Below are positions 18,040-44,034 of a DNA stretch of 64,000 bases, in pieces (the first letter of the stretch is position 1; every line of letters starts with the position of its first letter). The stretch comes from the human T2T-CHM13v2.0 reference genome, Homo sapiens, in NCBI RefSeq assembly GCF_009914755.1, contig NC_060928.1; one strand, given 5' to 3'. Position numbers and translations under genes: made by a program. Under the pieces are notes generated by a model. It saw nothing but the letters and a program-made list of their open reading frames with translations, was not told the origin of the DNA and ran no database searches.

Positions 18040-21000
18040 GTAAGTCTGAGGGAATCGGAGCGCCGGGAACCGGGAAAGTTGCGGGCGTCTGGCAGCTCAC
18101 GGCGGGCAGCGGGTTCGGGGGCCGCGGAGCGCTTGGCGTTCGGGGGCCCGCGGGGGCGGCGTCGCGTGCGCCGAGCGCGGCGGCGGCGGCGTGTGGCCGT
18201 GCGCTGCCGCTCTGCGCTGCCGTGGCTCAGGCTCCAGCGCGTGAGGGCGGGCGGCGGCGGCGGCGGCGAGGCCGGCGGGTGCGGGCGTGAGTGCGGCCGG
18301 GCGCGCGGGGCCCTCGGGCGCCGTGCCTCCCGCGCGCCTCCAGCGGGCTCTGCCTGGGGGCCCCGTGCATCTTTGTTCCTCGCGGCCGTTGTCGCCGCTT
18401 CGCCCCGCTAGTGCCCCCGGCCCCGGGCGCTTTGTCTTTCACCGCTACCCCCTGCGACTCTCTACCCCCGGCCCTTTGTTTCGCCGCCTTGGGCGCTTTG
18501 TCCGACCCGTGGCGTTCCGCATCCCCTCTCCATCTCCTCCCCTCCGCTGTCCTTCCTCCCGTGCCCCTTTGTTGTGCCACACTCTTGTCGTTAGCCCAGT
18601 GACCTGCCACAGCCCGGGCACCAGATTTCTGCCTTAATTGTTCTTCCATTGTCTTTCTCCTGTGGGTCCCCTCTCACCTTTCTGTATGGTCCTGGATCAC
18701 CCCCCGAGGCTTTGTCTCCCCCATCCACGGGCTTATTCTCTCGGCACCCCCTTCCTCTCCCGTCATCGGTTGATTTATCCACAACCCACGGTGTACGTCT
18801 GCTGAACTGTCTCAGCCCCGGGGACTCCATCTGCTGCTTCTAAGTGCACACAAGACTCTACGGTTTGTTGTTTTGTGGGTCTGAAAGATGCATGGGATAC
18901 TTAGTTTTCTCCTCCGCACCTCTTTTTCTCGGGATTTCTTGTACCCTCCCGCCCCCCTATCGCCACCCCTTTCTCTCGGGATTAAAGCGTCTCCAATTTT
19001 CATCGCCGTCTTTTTAGTGCCGTGGGTTGTTTTGCTTGGAAACAGTAGCCTTGGAAAAAGATCTGGTCTCTTGGTGGTTCTTGCGCCCCCCGGCCCCCGC
19101 CCCCCTCCTGGTTCCTGACGGCGTAGGCCAAGGGCAGCTGTCTGTCGAAGCTTTGCAATCTAGGCTGCCTGAGGATGATTGGAGGGTATCGTAGGACGGT
19201 TAGAAGGAGGCTCAAGATGTATATATGTGTTTTTCTGTTAGTGTTTGAGAATAGTTTCAGATAGCCACAATGGATATTCATTTGGCGTGTGAGTAGGAGT
19301 TGAGTGAATTTCCATGTTAAAAACTTGTGAGTGTTGGGGCGGAGAATTTCAGCATTTTCTAGAAATCTGGATTTAGAATTTATCAGTAACTTCTGCCTCA
19401 TAAGGAAAAGGAGAGGCATTCCGCTTGGGAATTTTATATAAATGTTTTATTTTTTCTTAATCATTAGATAGTTTACAGTTATGTGCTTTTTGCTGCCCTG
19501 TAGATGCGTGACAACCCTTCTGTCCCATCATTGGGGTTGAAATGAGGACAGCACCGAAGAGTGCAGTTTCTGGTCGATGAATACTGCTTCTAAGATCTTT
19601 GTGGAAGATATTAATCAAATGCAGTTAAAAAGTATACGTATAATATGTATATTATATATATATATACATACACACGTAATAGCCTGTAGTGAGATTATTT
19701 TAAAGACACTTCCTAGTGTTAAAGAACCCTTGAAGTGTTTCGAGTTCTTATTGTTTTGGTAATGCTAAAAGCTTGGGGTTGTGTGAATGGGGGTGGGGGG
19801 TGTGGTGTGATGTATTCTAATGACTTGAGTTATTCTGGGTGCTAGGAATAAGAGTTATTATATTTACCAGGATTACTATGCTGAAGGTATTCTTCAAGAG
19901 TTTGTTTTTTTTCTACTGGTTGATCTCTACTTTTAGAAGGTATGTTACCCATAAAATCATTTGGAGTGTCATTTCATTTACAAACTGAAGTTCTACAATA
20001 GTGAAGTGTTGTTGATAGGGGACATACGAGATCTACTCTAACGAGTATTGGAGCATTGGAAAATACTTTTTTTTCTGGCTGTGATTAGAATTAGTAGTTT
20101 GAGTTTTAATTAATGGAAAACCATGTTTTCATGATTGATACATAAGTTTTTTTGTGAAAATCTGCAGTCTGGGTCGCTTGAGTGGGTTTTACCAATAATC
20201 TTATGTCTCCCTTACTTGTTCTTGTACATAATCATTGTTTTGAAGGTAAAATCTTGAGCTCACTGGTTCTCTGACTGGGAGCAAAGTGTAAATACTGTGT
20301 AGTAATGGAAGGTATTTTGCTCTGACTTGTACCTGTAAGAATGATTACACAGACATGATAAAAGCGCTTTTACCATTTGAGTTGCGTTTTTCTTTCTAAA
20401 TCGTGTAATACTTTTACTTACATGATTGGTGAAATAAAACTGCTTTTAATTAAATTATAACAGCAGCATATTTCGAAATCTGGATGCGTTGTGGCTGGAG
20501 AACTTTCATTCTGAGTATTAACTGTTAAAGCTTTAAATTTTATTATCCATGCATATTGCTGATGGATCTGTGAGTATATTTTCAGAAAACAGGAGACTTG
20601 CAATATTTTCAAATCTGTACTAATACACACTTGTAGGCATTAGATTTTAAGCAGTTAGGTTTGTTAAAAAGTTATCTGTTGTCCTATACCAACAGATTTC
20701 TATCAATGTTTTTTTTAAGTGGGTAAGATCAAAATTGGTTTGGTTGACAGGCCATTCTTGCCAGATGTAATTCATTAAATAACCTTTGGCACCCTTGATG
20801 GGTAAGGCATTAGGAAAAAATTGTTTCGTTTGAAAGTTATTATACATCTCATTCTTCTGTTCATTTTTAGAAATAAGACCCAGGACTTGGCTTTAAAGCA
20901 TTATTTTGCATTTTGCTTCCTCCTAATACTAAATTTCATGTTATCTCAACTAGGGGCAGTATTTTCTCATGGATTGACTAAAAGTTGTTATTTTTGGCAT

Positions 21001-21509
21001 CTGGCTTTGTGATTATTTCCAAGTTACTCTACTTCCCCTGGGCCAGTTTCCTAACTATGTAGTAAAATGGGAATTATAATAACTTGCCACATCTGCACAG
21101 GATTGCTGTGCCTTAAGATTCGCAGAGAGCATCCTTGGATGAAAACTGTGGGGAAGGTCTAGGAATTGTTACTGAAATAAGCTAATGTGAAGTAGGTCAT
21201 ATTTTATAGGAAGTCAAATAGGAGGTTTTTAAGTTCTTGGCAAGACACAGTAGCGATAGTGGGATTTTTTAAAATCCCAAATATGTATTATAATATGGGT
21301 AATAAAACAGATACCTTTATTCCTGCCCCCCATAAACTTATAGGGAAAGGGACAAATAAAACAAATTACAGGGTGATGTGTCGTGTGTGAGTGTGTGTGT
21401 GTGTGTGTGTGTGGTGTAAGAGATTGAAGTTCTGTCAAACTCAAATGTAATAACATTATAAAATTATGGGATGCCTTTCCTCTTTTGTTTTCTGCATGTA
21501 GCAATATTC

Positions 21510-21831
<322 letters not shown>

Positions 21832-22389
21832 TAACAAATGGTAGTACAACATGCTTTCACTGGACTCTAAGCCAAGTCTGTTAATAGCAGTGATTAATTT
21901 TAAATATGCCTTATATTTTTTAGTGCTTTGTTATTTGCTCTTAAGAATAAATTCTAATAACCATGACTATAATTTCAGATTTGACTCTTGGCCTTAGAAA
22001 AGTGTTTTGCATTTGAGGAGCACTCTGTAGATACGTATTGACTGAATGAAACCTGTTGCTTCTCTGTTCTTGGTAGATGATACCATATTCCGTTTGGTTC
22101 CCAAAGCCACGATTCCTAATTCCTCTCTCACCAGCCTTTACATTTAATTACTGAGAACTGATCATTTTTCCTTCTAAAAAATCTCTTGAATTTGTTTCCC
22201 TTATCCTCACTGCCGAAGTTCATGCTGTCATTTCTCACCTGGTTTACTATGACGTACTGACAGCCTCTTTCTGCTTCTAGAGTCACCACCTTTATCCAGC
22301 TTCTACATGTAGCAGAGCAGTCTTTCTAAAGAGCAAATCTGATCACTGCTTAATCTAAAAACCTTTCAATGGCTCCCCCTAGCAGCGTT

Positions 22390-22650
22390 CATTAAGAGAG
22401 GCAACAGAGTGGAGGGTTATGAGCTCACATTTAGTGTTTAATCTGAACTGGGTTCCAATTCTGTCTCTGGCACTTAAAACCCCTGCCAGTTAAAACCCCT
22501 GTAACATTGACAAGTTAATCTCTTTATCAATTGCAAGATAATTATTCCTAACTCAGAAAGTTGTTGTGAAGATTAAATGAGATAATGTATGAAAGCATTT
22601 AGCAGAATTCCTGGCATGTAGCAAGTGCTCAAAAGATGTTAGCTACTGTG
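22390..22650 (+). mobile_element. MIR
   Basis: gttgttgtgaagattaaatgagataatgtatgaaagcatttagca...cctggcatgtagcaagtgctcaa core. Confidence 0.75.
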
Positions 22651-24653
22651 GCGCATAGGATCCTCCATAACTATTTCATCTGTCTCTTCTCCAGCTGAGT
22701 TGTTTGCCATTTTCTCTCCATAATCAGTGCTTCAGTCATATTAAAGTATTTTGACATCTCTGCATGAGCCCAGCAGTTTAATGCGTTCTTGTGTATGAAA
22801 AGTAATGATCCTTAGTAGGTTATTTCTCAAGACTAAGGGAATATTCTAACCAGATCTACCAGACTACAGTTGGTGCCTGGCTGTATAAATACTGTATATT
22901 TAATACAGTATTAAATGCTGTATATAATTCTCTTGGAAGCATGATACTAAGTTGTAATTATCACACCCAAATATTGTCACTTGGTGGCAGGTATCATTTA
23001 TATTCTTATACTTAGAAGATTGTCTATCACATGATAGAGACTCAGCAAAAAGAATTTTTGAACATAGGACTCAGTGCTTTGAAATCTTGGTGCAACATGG
23101 TTCATGTGGCACAATTTTAAAATTGTGTGTGTGCTTGTGTGTATACAGTATATGTGTGTCTAATTCATATATATGTATAATTTATATATAGGTATTTGAC
23201 TTTGGTTCTGTAAGGAGTAATTGCTGAAGTACCCAGAGGAATTGATATTTTCAGCCACAAGCAATCTCATAGCCCCTGAGAACATTATAGTAAGGCTCTT
23301 AGGCAAAAGTTTTTTTTTTTGATTATTAGAAAATACTACATTATATTTGTATAAAACTGACAAGTTTAAATTTCACTTTTGTTTTTTATATGATTGGCTG
23401 TCAGTGTTTATCAAAAGATTCCATTATTTTTAACTGTTTTCAGTACTAGATGGCTAGGGATGTATGTTAGATTAAACCGTAGAACACTGTAGACTGCTTT
23501 TTGGGGAATCCATGCCATAGAACCAAATAATAAGTTGATAATTTACATGGAGACTCAGGTCTCATGGACATATTACTGACAGATAATTTCTTTAAGCTTC
23601 AGGTTCTACCTCTATAAAATAGGGGATGATAATTATATTTTATCTGTCAGGCACATTGTGACTGTCAAGGTAAATTTTGTGAAATAAGGTCAAATGAAAC
23701 AGTGTATGTGTAAGTGACTTGTAAACAGTAAAGCGTTCTATACAAATATTTTAATTACTATAAGAATCAGTTTCCTCTGGTAACCTTTCATCTTGAGCAG
23801 GGCTCAAGATGGACTTTTTATACTGCAAGCTGTGGTTTTGTGGGTCATGTTTTAGGAAGGCAGCAATGTATTTGGTGCAGAGGACCGCAACCCTTGAAAT
23901 ATGTGCTTTGGCATTTTAAGCAGACATATTTGTTAAATTACTGCTTGACCACGAATGTTGTCATTGAGTCACCCCCAGCTTTTTGGGGTCTATTTCTTAC
24001 TGCTCTCTTCTCTGCTTGGGCAGCTGTAACAATGTAGGAATGTTGAATGTCTAGCTGCTACTATCTCTCAGACTCTTATCCTGCCCACAGTTCTGTATGC
24101 CTCTTAGGCCTGGCACAACATCATGGTGTTGCTTATGCCTCATTAGACCTGCTGCTTAAGGGAATTAAATGATACCCTAATGGTCTAAAAAGGGTAATGT
24201 ATTTCCGAACATGTCATATTTACTGTAGGAGGTTGGGGAAGGCGTCACAGGCACTGTAAGTGGTAGTAATTACCTATCCGTATAGATATTTGTGTAATTT
24301 TGTTGTGTTGAGACAATGCATAATGGTAAGTTTGAGAGCTTTTCAGTCATATTGGTGAAGTTTACGGCAATCTTGGGAATATTTATACTATTTTAAGTTT
24401 ACAAAAAATAAAATATAGAAAACACATTTTTTTAATGCATTCTGAGTTGCAAAAGCCTTGCAATGAAAACTGCATCTATTTGATGTGAAGCAGAATACAC
24501 TAGAGAATCAAGTTGACCCTGGAGGTTTTTTTTTTTTTTTTTTTTTTTTGTATTCAGTAGTCTTAGCCTAAGAGCTAATGATTATCTGTGCATTGTTAAT
24601 GAGATGATAATCAGAGTTGTAAGTGATAAGAGTAGTTTCTCATAAAAAGTTTA

Positions 24654-24878
<225 letters not shown>

Positions 24879-25624
24879 TTATAGAAGTACAGTATTGCTT
24901 TATGAAATATAAATGTAATATTGTAGTTTTTTTAAAATAATGTGAACAGTCTATTATGGACATAGCTTAATTTCCTCCAGTACAAACTAGCTTTAGACTG
25001 GTTTGCATAAATAGAACAAAGGTATATGTTCCCTTTTGGAAAACTGCAGATCTGCAAAGATTGTGCCTGATTTTGCCAGCATGTTTTTTCACATCTTTTT
25101 TTTTTTTTAATTTGATAACATTTTTCATGCAAAAAATTACCTAGATCTGTACAAAGCTCCTAATCCATACACCATTTGGAGTAAGCAGAAACACTGGGGT
25201 CCTAAGACATGTAGGAGGGGTGTTAAGGAAAATGTTAATAGTATAACCATGCTTTAGTGGCTCTCCTTTTAGTATTGTTTTAATAACAATATATTTATTA
25301 AATAAGCAGTTGAACACTTATTAGGTATAAGACACTCTTTGTGCTGGTCCTATAAAGATGGCTAAGAAATGGTTTGGTGAAGCTCATGACTTGGTAGAGT
25401 GTACACAGGTAATTATTGTGTAAGGGAGATTATGGTAAGTGCTGTAACCGATATTTAGTGTTGGTGGGAACACAGATGTAAATGATTATCTTCATTTGGA
25501 GTTCATAGAAAAGGTGAGAGTTGATAGGGAGTGATGGGAAATTAAGCTGGAAAAGTAATTGGGAGCCTCTTGGAAGACCTTGAGTGCTAACCTGATTATT
25601 TGGTTTTTTGGCTGGTTGGTGTTT

Positions 25625-26275
<651 letters not shown>

Positions 26276-26596
26276 GCATTGAGGGTTTTAAGATGAGGTA
26301 GGGCTGGATGTAAACAGTGTAAAATAGATTGGAATTGGTGGACACCATAAGAGAAATATAATCAAAATCTGATTTTGGTGGTGGGCCTAGGAATGAATAG
26401 GCCAAGAAGCTCTTTTTGAGGCAGGGTGATGTAGGGAACTTGGGAATAATTGTACTGTAAGTCACTAAAATAAGTTTGTGGCTATGAGCATTTCACTTAA
26501 GCTAGGTCTTTTCCTTTGTCTAAAAAATGGAAGAAAATAATACTTCATGGTATTGATGTGAGGATTAATAAGAGATAGAAAATGCCTACTGGGCCG

Positions 26597-26969
<373 letters not shown>

Positions 26970-28208
26970 TTAAAGGGTAAGATGGGAGTGGGGTACACCC
27001 CCTTCAGAAGGGAGGGTAGGAAAAAACCTGAAATTAAAACCTGGTGATAAAATAATCAGAAAAGGGAAAGTTCTGAGTAAGGTGAACAGATACAAGAGAA
27101 CCTTTTTAACAAAGTGTTGTGCTTATTGTAGGTCTTTAATAAATGCTGGATGCTTATTTTTGCATACTTCTGTTACACTTAACATTGTTCTGCAATTATA
27201 TAAATTTATCTGTAATTGATTGTTTAATCTGTCAGTGAGCTTCATAAGAAAAGGAGCAATTATTTTACTTACCTTGCACAATTGTGGAGCACCTACCATC
27301 TGCCAGAATGTTATTTGCTGGATGAATATGGCTTGAGCAGATTTGGTAATATATAACACTTGCCACTAGGTGGCTCTTGGTCTTGATAAAGCTGACATTC
27401 AGCATAGATAGGTTTTTCTACCTAGAAACCCACGTAGAAACTGACCCCCGGATTATATTCACTTTTTTGCCTTTTCTGTACCTATATTTTTTGAAGTGGA
27501 ATATGAAACACATATCATATAGAAAACTCATTTAGACTGTTGAAAATTAGAAAAGTGTAATGCCTTTAGAATATGTCCTGTAGAAAGAAGCAGAATGGAA
27601 GCTCAATGAAATTCACAAGTGAACAAAGCACATTTCCCCATCTCTCAATGTGCTTAAAGTGAGGCATGATGGTTTGATTTTAGGCATTGTTTTTTGTTGT
27701 TATGACTGCGTAAATTGCTTTAAAGGAAGATATTGTGAGGATTTGTTTCTCAGAGGATTTGATGAACGATGATGAAGCGTGGTGTGTACTGATGCTAGGC
27801 TATGATTCTGTGTGCTCTTATTTGTATTGTACTCTTCCTATTGAGAAGTAACATACCATCTAATGGTAACTTACATAACATAGAAAGGTAACTACATCCT
27901 GTGTGACACGTGTGATATATATTATTAAATCCATTAGATTCAGGAAATTTTAGAGCCAGAGAAGACCTTACTAATCATATATTCTAAAAGTACCCATTCA
28001 TTTACACAGACAGGTTAGATAATGGCTGAGACACATTCAGTGACTGAGCTCGTTCCTGGTTTGTTTTAGGGGGAGGGGAAGGCCTGTGTTAGTCTTTTGT
28101 TTTTGAAACAGGGTTTGCTGTCACGTAGGCTAGAATGCAGTGGTGCTGTCATGGCTCACTGCAGCCTCAATCTCCCGAGCTCGTAATCATCCCACTTGAG
28201 CTTCCTGA

Positions 28209-28421
<213 letters not shown>

Positions 28422-29639
28422 TAATGTTACATGCATTTTTAAAAAATAGCCCTTTTTCTCATATGTGCAGACTTAGAGCAAGACTGTAAATCCCTCAGCA
28501 CCCAAGCCTTGATGGGTAGAGTGCGGCAGCCAGTGTTGCTTCATTAAATGGTCAGCTCGGAGCCTGCCTGCTCTTTCCTCGTTTGCTGTGTTCCTGTTTT
28601 TGGTGCTGCTTATGATCTTTGTCTTGTATTTCTAACTGACCAGGTGGCCTCTTCAGGAACATAGTTGTCCTCCTCACTGCACACCTCCTTATCCACTCTG
28701 CTTCAGTTGCTCCTACTCGAGAACTGGCTGGACGCAGTTACCTCTGGCTTACTCCAGTCTCTGCCTCTTTTCTCTCTAGCTTCTTGGTTATGCCACCTGC
28801 AATAAATTGCAGCTGGCTGTTTCCACAGCCTCTGGAAGGGAAGATGGAAGGACAGAGGAGAGTGAAAAGAAAGAAGGCTGTCATACAGAGAAGAGAGGCT
28901 ACAACTTGAAATTTTATACTGAAAGATGATCTGGTTTATGAACATGATGATGATGTGTGTAGTGAATTTTTTCTAGTGTATATGCCAAGGCAATATTATT
29001 CTCTTGACTATGGGATTCATTAAGTCTGTTGTATCTGTCATCCATGCTTATCCACATGTCAAGGAAGTGAATTAATTTCAGCATTCCCAAGATAGAAGTG
29101 ATAGTATATGGTAATTTACTTACAGCTTATAATAATGAGTGTCATTATTTGATTAAATGGATATTACTAATTAATGGGAGTTGCCATGTCACTATTGTAA
29201 TGTTAAAAAAAAAAAGACCTTTCAGAGGTTATTTCATAATTATTGGTAAGTAAGCCATTCTTTGTCCTGGCCTTCCTCCCATGTATTCAATGTGATATGT
29301 ACACTTTGCACACAGGATTTACTGACATGTCATTTACTTAAACAGCAGTTTCTTAGGTACCCTAAGTCCTGGAAATTGTCAGTTGCTTAAATAATTAAAT
29401 ACAAATAAATCAGCTGTCCACCTAAGCTACCATATACATTTTTGTTTAAATTCTAATGTAATTTAAAAGGCATTTATTTAATTTTTAGCTTGTTTTCATA
29501 GTTATTTCAGGGAAATGACCATCTTGATATGGAAATTTTTCTTAGAAATTAATTGATTTCACATCTGTATAAAATAATCATCTTGATTATTTTTCTTGTT
29601 GGAAAAGTAATGTTTGTTATAAGAAATTCAGAAGTTATT

Positions 29640-29956
<317 letters not shown>

Positions 29957-30012
29957 TAAAGTGAGCCACTATAGTCTTATACCAGGAAATAATCACTGTT
30001 AACAATTGGGAG

Positions 30013-30222
30013 TACCTTTGACCCTTGAACAACACAGATTTGAACTGAGTGGGTCCACTTATATGTGGATTTTTTTCCTCCAAACTTGGATGGAAAATAC
30101 AGTATTCATGGGATGCAAGAATAGTGTATATGGAGAGCTGACTGCCGGTCTTGAGTATGTGTGGATTTTGATGTATGGGAGGATCCTGCAAGCAATCCCC
30201 TGCGGATACCAAGGAACAACGA
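30013..30222 (-). mobile_element. MER8 (Tigger2-derived non-autonomous DNA transposon)
   Basis: ttgacccttgaacaacacagatttgaactg...gggtccacttat at one end and aatcccctgcggataccaagg at the other. Confidence 0.7.
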
Positions 30223-30544
30223 TATATTTCTTAATTTAAAGAAATGGAAACGCTGACATTCGATTCTATTTTAAAAATTTCAGTAGTTTTGCAAACATAA
30301 TATTAAAGGTGCCAGGGAGCTAACACTTTGTTGAATATCTACTCAGTCCTCAACTACAATGTGAGGGAAGTGGTATCTCTATCTATTAGATTACTTTAAA
30401 TGAATTTCCAGGAAATAAACTTATTTTTAAAGTTACACTTGATTAGACTAGTCTTTGGGCTCAAAGTTTCTCTGAAGTAGCGTAATGTATCTTTAGGTAA
30501 AAATTTTGTATTTCATTTTTAAAAAGTTTTTTAAATTAAAAAAA

Positions 30545-36101
<5,557 letters not shown>

Positions 36102-36167
36102 TTATATTTTTATATTGTGTGTTTCAAATATAATTATATTGTGTGTTTCAAATATAATCTGTTACTT

Positions 36168-38657
<2,490 letters not shown>

Positions 38658-38988
38658 CTACATTTAGCTGCGTGGAGGGAACTGTTAAGTTTTGTTGAAG
38701 TGACGGAGACAAAAACCTAAATGGAGTGGGAGAGAAATTGGAGACAGAAAGAACCCTTCAGAGGTCTGTTGTAAAAGGATGCAAAGAAACAGGGAACTAG
38801 AAGGGATTGTGGGGTCCAAAGGAGAAATACCAGCACGTTTGTATGTTGTCAATAATGTTTCAGTAGAAAGGTAAAAATTGAGACAAGAGAGAAGAAAGTG
38901 TAGCTGGCTAGTCCAACATCCTAGAATAGCCAAGAAGGGATGGGACATAGTGCAAAACTAGGCTGCCCAAAGCAGAGTTTTCACAGTG

Positions 38989-39175
38989 GCTTGCAAAATT
39001 CAGCAGGCATCAGAGTCACCTGGAGGGCTTGCTGAAGCACAGATGGTTGGACCCCATCTCCAGAGTTTCTGACACAAAAGGTCTGCAGTGGAACTCCAAG
39101 AATTTGCGTTTCTAGCAAGTTCCCGGATGATTCTATTGCTGCTGGTCCAGAAACCTCATTTTGAGAACCACTGCT
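38989..39175. mobile_element. MER5A-like hAT-Charlie element
   Basis: gcatcagagtcacctggagggcttg...aagaatttgcgtttctagcaagttccc...ttttgagaaccactg. Confidence 0.75.
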
Positions 39176-39269
39176 CTGTATCAAAAGGAGGGAAGACAGA
39201 AAAGATGAGTATATACATTAGTACAAATGCTGAACACCTGGGTTATCAAAAAAAAAAAAAAAAAAAAGG

Positions 39270-39437
39270 GAATGTGGTGTTTAGTAGCCAGGAGGTCTCT
39301 AGTTGCATTAGACCTTGCCATCGTTTGGTGAGGGAGGTAGTATTATCTTGTTTTACAGAAACTTAACCAAGTTTACCTGCTAGTTGGTGGGAGAAATGGA
39401 ATTCAAACCTGTATCTCCAGATTTCAGTTCCATTGCT
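39270..39437 (+). repeat. Direct repeat copy 2, preceded by A20 (39248-39267)
   Basis: ~92% identical to 36168-36336 by manual alignment. Confidence 0.95.
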
Positions 39438-40519
39438 GCTTTGTAGTATGAACATCTGCTAGCGATAGTGTAATTTAGTATGTGGTGATCCTACTAGCAT
39501 TTCCCCTCCTCATTCCTTTCTCCCATGCGTGGTTAACTTAGTCATCTGACAACACATGATTGAGTGTGCTCACTAACCAGACAAGCCTCTCAGTCCAGGC
39601 AGATTATAGATCTGAGGCAGGAGAGTAAAGTTGAACAGGGAATAGGTTTATGTGGAATTTTTTTTGTCTCCCTGTTTCACTATACAATTTTGGAAGAAGG
39701 GTTTGTGCAAAAAACACAGGTTGCTAGTCATGAAACACATTCTGTTCACCACTAATTAATTTGGGTAGTATCTCTGCTTCACTTTTCTTCAGTGTAATGG
39801 TATCTCTGACATGCTAGGGAGCTTAGGAAAATGGTTCTAGCATTATATAAATGACAGGTATTGCTATTAGCAATGACTCAAGATTCTCATGTTTTTTGGT
39901 ATTCTACATGTCATCCATTCTTTCTATTATACTGGAGTACTTTTGTTTTATGTAAAACTGTTGTATAAATGTCATTTTAAAGTCTCTGCTGTCAAATTTT
40001 GTTGTTATTCTAAGACAGCAGCTGTGGATGTGGCTTAAAAACTGATGAGTTTCTACAATGATGAGCCTTTATGGAGCAATGAAAGGCTGCTTATAAATTG
40101 TAGCCACACTTGCAATGAATTCTGTGTTTGTTATTGTGAATCCCTAAGGGTGACTGTTTTTTCAGCAGGGCGAGTTAGGACGGCACAAACTGAGAGTTTC
40201 TGTTCTGGTAATCTTTACTTCTTATGACTTTAAGGAATTTGGAATATTTTTGCTTGACTGTTGTAATGAATCTCTAAACATATTATTTGGATATGTGGGC
40301 AGATAAATTGTAAGATATGTTATAGACGTGGTTTCTGTCATCAAATATTTTTGCTCACAGTAGCTACTGTGTGTAATAGCATTTATAGATGATGCTTTAC
40401 CTCTAGTTACTGCCTAAAGATATAAATATTGGGTTATTTGAAGCTACATATTTCCAGCTTATACATATGAATAGTTTAAGGCATAGTGTATGTACCCACT
40501 TTTATTTCAGAAAAATACA

Positions 40520-41518
<999 letters not shown>

Positions 41519-43098
41519 GCTAACTATAATTATTAAAAGTAGTTTTACTCAGAAAGACATCACCTGGAGCTGACCTACAAATAATAAGGGAGATGTGGTA
41601 ATTTTTTAATCAAAATATACCTAGAAGATAAATTTCTCAAAATAATCCTAGAAATGACTTTTAAAGCAGAAGAGAAAAAAGGAAGGGTGGAATAGCAACA
41701 ATGGAAACAAATGAGGAATCCTGCTCCCCACCCCACCTCAAAGCCCACTGTATATGTGGGGTTATGGTCAGTATTTCTGGTGTTAGAGTGTATATTTGCA
41801 AATCTCTGAACTGTTTATATGTATGAATCTCATCATAATAGATTCACATTCTTCTTAAAGGCAATGCTTAACATGTTTCCTGATCATAAGATGTTCATAT
41901 TGAAGATTTTAAAAAAATACAGGTTGAATGTGCTGCTTAAAATGAGCTGCTGCTTTATTTTTAAACATTTAAAAAATTTTGTTAAATTTAGTCTCGTTCT
42001 TCCTACAAAAGAGGTTAAACTTTGACAGTAACAGCTGTTCTTTTGTGTGGGACATGTTTTCATGAGGATTTTTGTGCACATTAAAAATAACCATTTTTGT
42101 GAATCGTAGTTATTATTCATAGTCACTTTATAAGAGATATAAAGGTTTTCCAGTGAGTTACTTCTGATTCATAACCAAATTATAGCAGAGCAGATGTAGA
42201 CTACCAGTGGAATAATTAGCCAAAAAATATTAGGGGGCTAGAGATCTCTTTGTGTAACATTTAACTTTAATTTCTTGGACAGCTTATATGAATAATTAAA
42301 GTGTTGAGGCAGTTAAAATTTATTTTCCTCTCTTGGGATTTCCCAGTTGTCATAGATAGCTGTAGTCACTAGGGAAGTAGAAATATTATTTCCAGCAAAC
42401 AGATGGCTTTCCTCTTATTGGTCCCCAAAAGCGCCTACTGAGGTTTGTGTTTCTGTTGGATGATTTCCTAATCACACCAACTCAGTATACTTTTGAAAGA
42501 TCACACCTGGTAACAGAATATGATGTAAATATTAATATGACTTAGTGAACTTGAGAGCATCCAAAATTGTAAGTTTATATAGTTCCTACATCCCTGGGGA
42601 GAGTAGTCTGTCCAATGAGAGGAATCGCCTGGTAGCTAGTACTTTACTTTTCTTATCACAAGTCCCCTTTCTGCCTCAGTTGTACTCTCAGGGATTCCCA
42701 AGCTGCTACTTCTGCTTTTTAACTCTCATTAACTCTGTCATCTACGTGCTATTTTCATTTCTGCTTAGTCAGATGACTACCCCATCCCGTACTTTGAGGC
42801 ATTGGTAGGTTTTTGTTAGAATTAAGGATAGGATTCTATTATGTATGGGGAAGATTTTCAGAGAATACAGTGATGCTGGGGCTTAAAATGACAAAATCAC
42901 ATCTTTTCTAAGCTCTATAATGAAGCTTTTTTGGAGATTTCACTTGTTACTAATCTTTCTCTTTTTAAAATGTCTGTTTTTCTTCTCCCATTGGAAATTA
43001 AAACACACACACACACACAAACACAAATTGGGAATCTACATGTATATTTATGCTAGTGAAATTTCAAAAATAGTCAAGTATTAGTGAAGTGGCCACAT

Positions 43099-44034
<936 letters not shown>

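Larger units (their letters stand above)
16080..19200. promoter_or_regulatory. RBPJ: RBPJ CpG-island multi-start promoter
   Basis: Very high GC/CpG; GC boxes (ccccgccc), CCAAT/ATTGG at ~16701 and ~16738, TCTCGCGAG at 16602 and 17981, tandem TGACTCA at 16089 and 16101; contains three ATG-bearing exons. Confidence 0.92.

Noticed and set aside
16105-19419. Many overlapping Arg/Gly/Pro-rich ORFs of 60-217 aa
   Set aside because: Expected from stop-codon scarcity in a CpG island; the real coding parts are the three short RBPJ exons, which the ORF track misses
22888-22912. 10-bp AT-rich inverted repeat
   Set aside because: Short and low-complexity; weak structure
40058-40193. ATGATGA ... CTGA resembling a C/D box snoRNA
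   Set aside because: No terminal stem and no recognisable rRNA guide; both boxes are short and common
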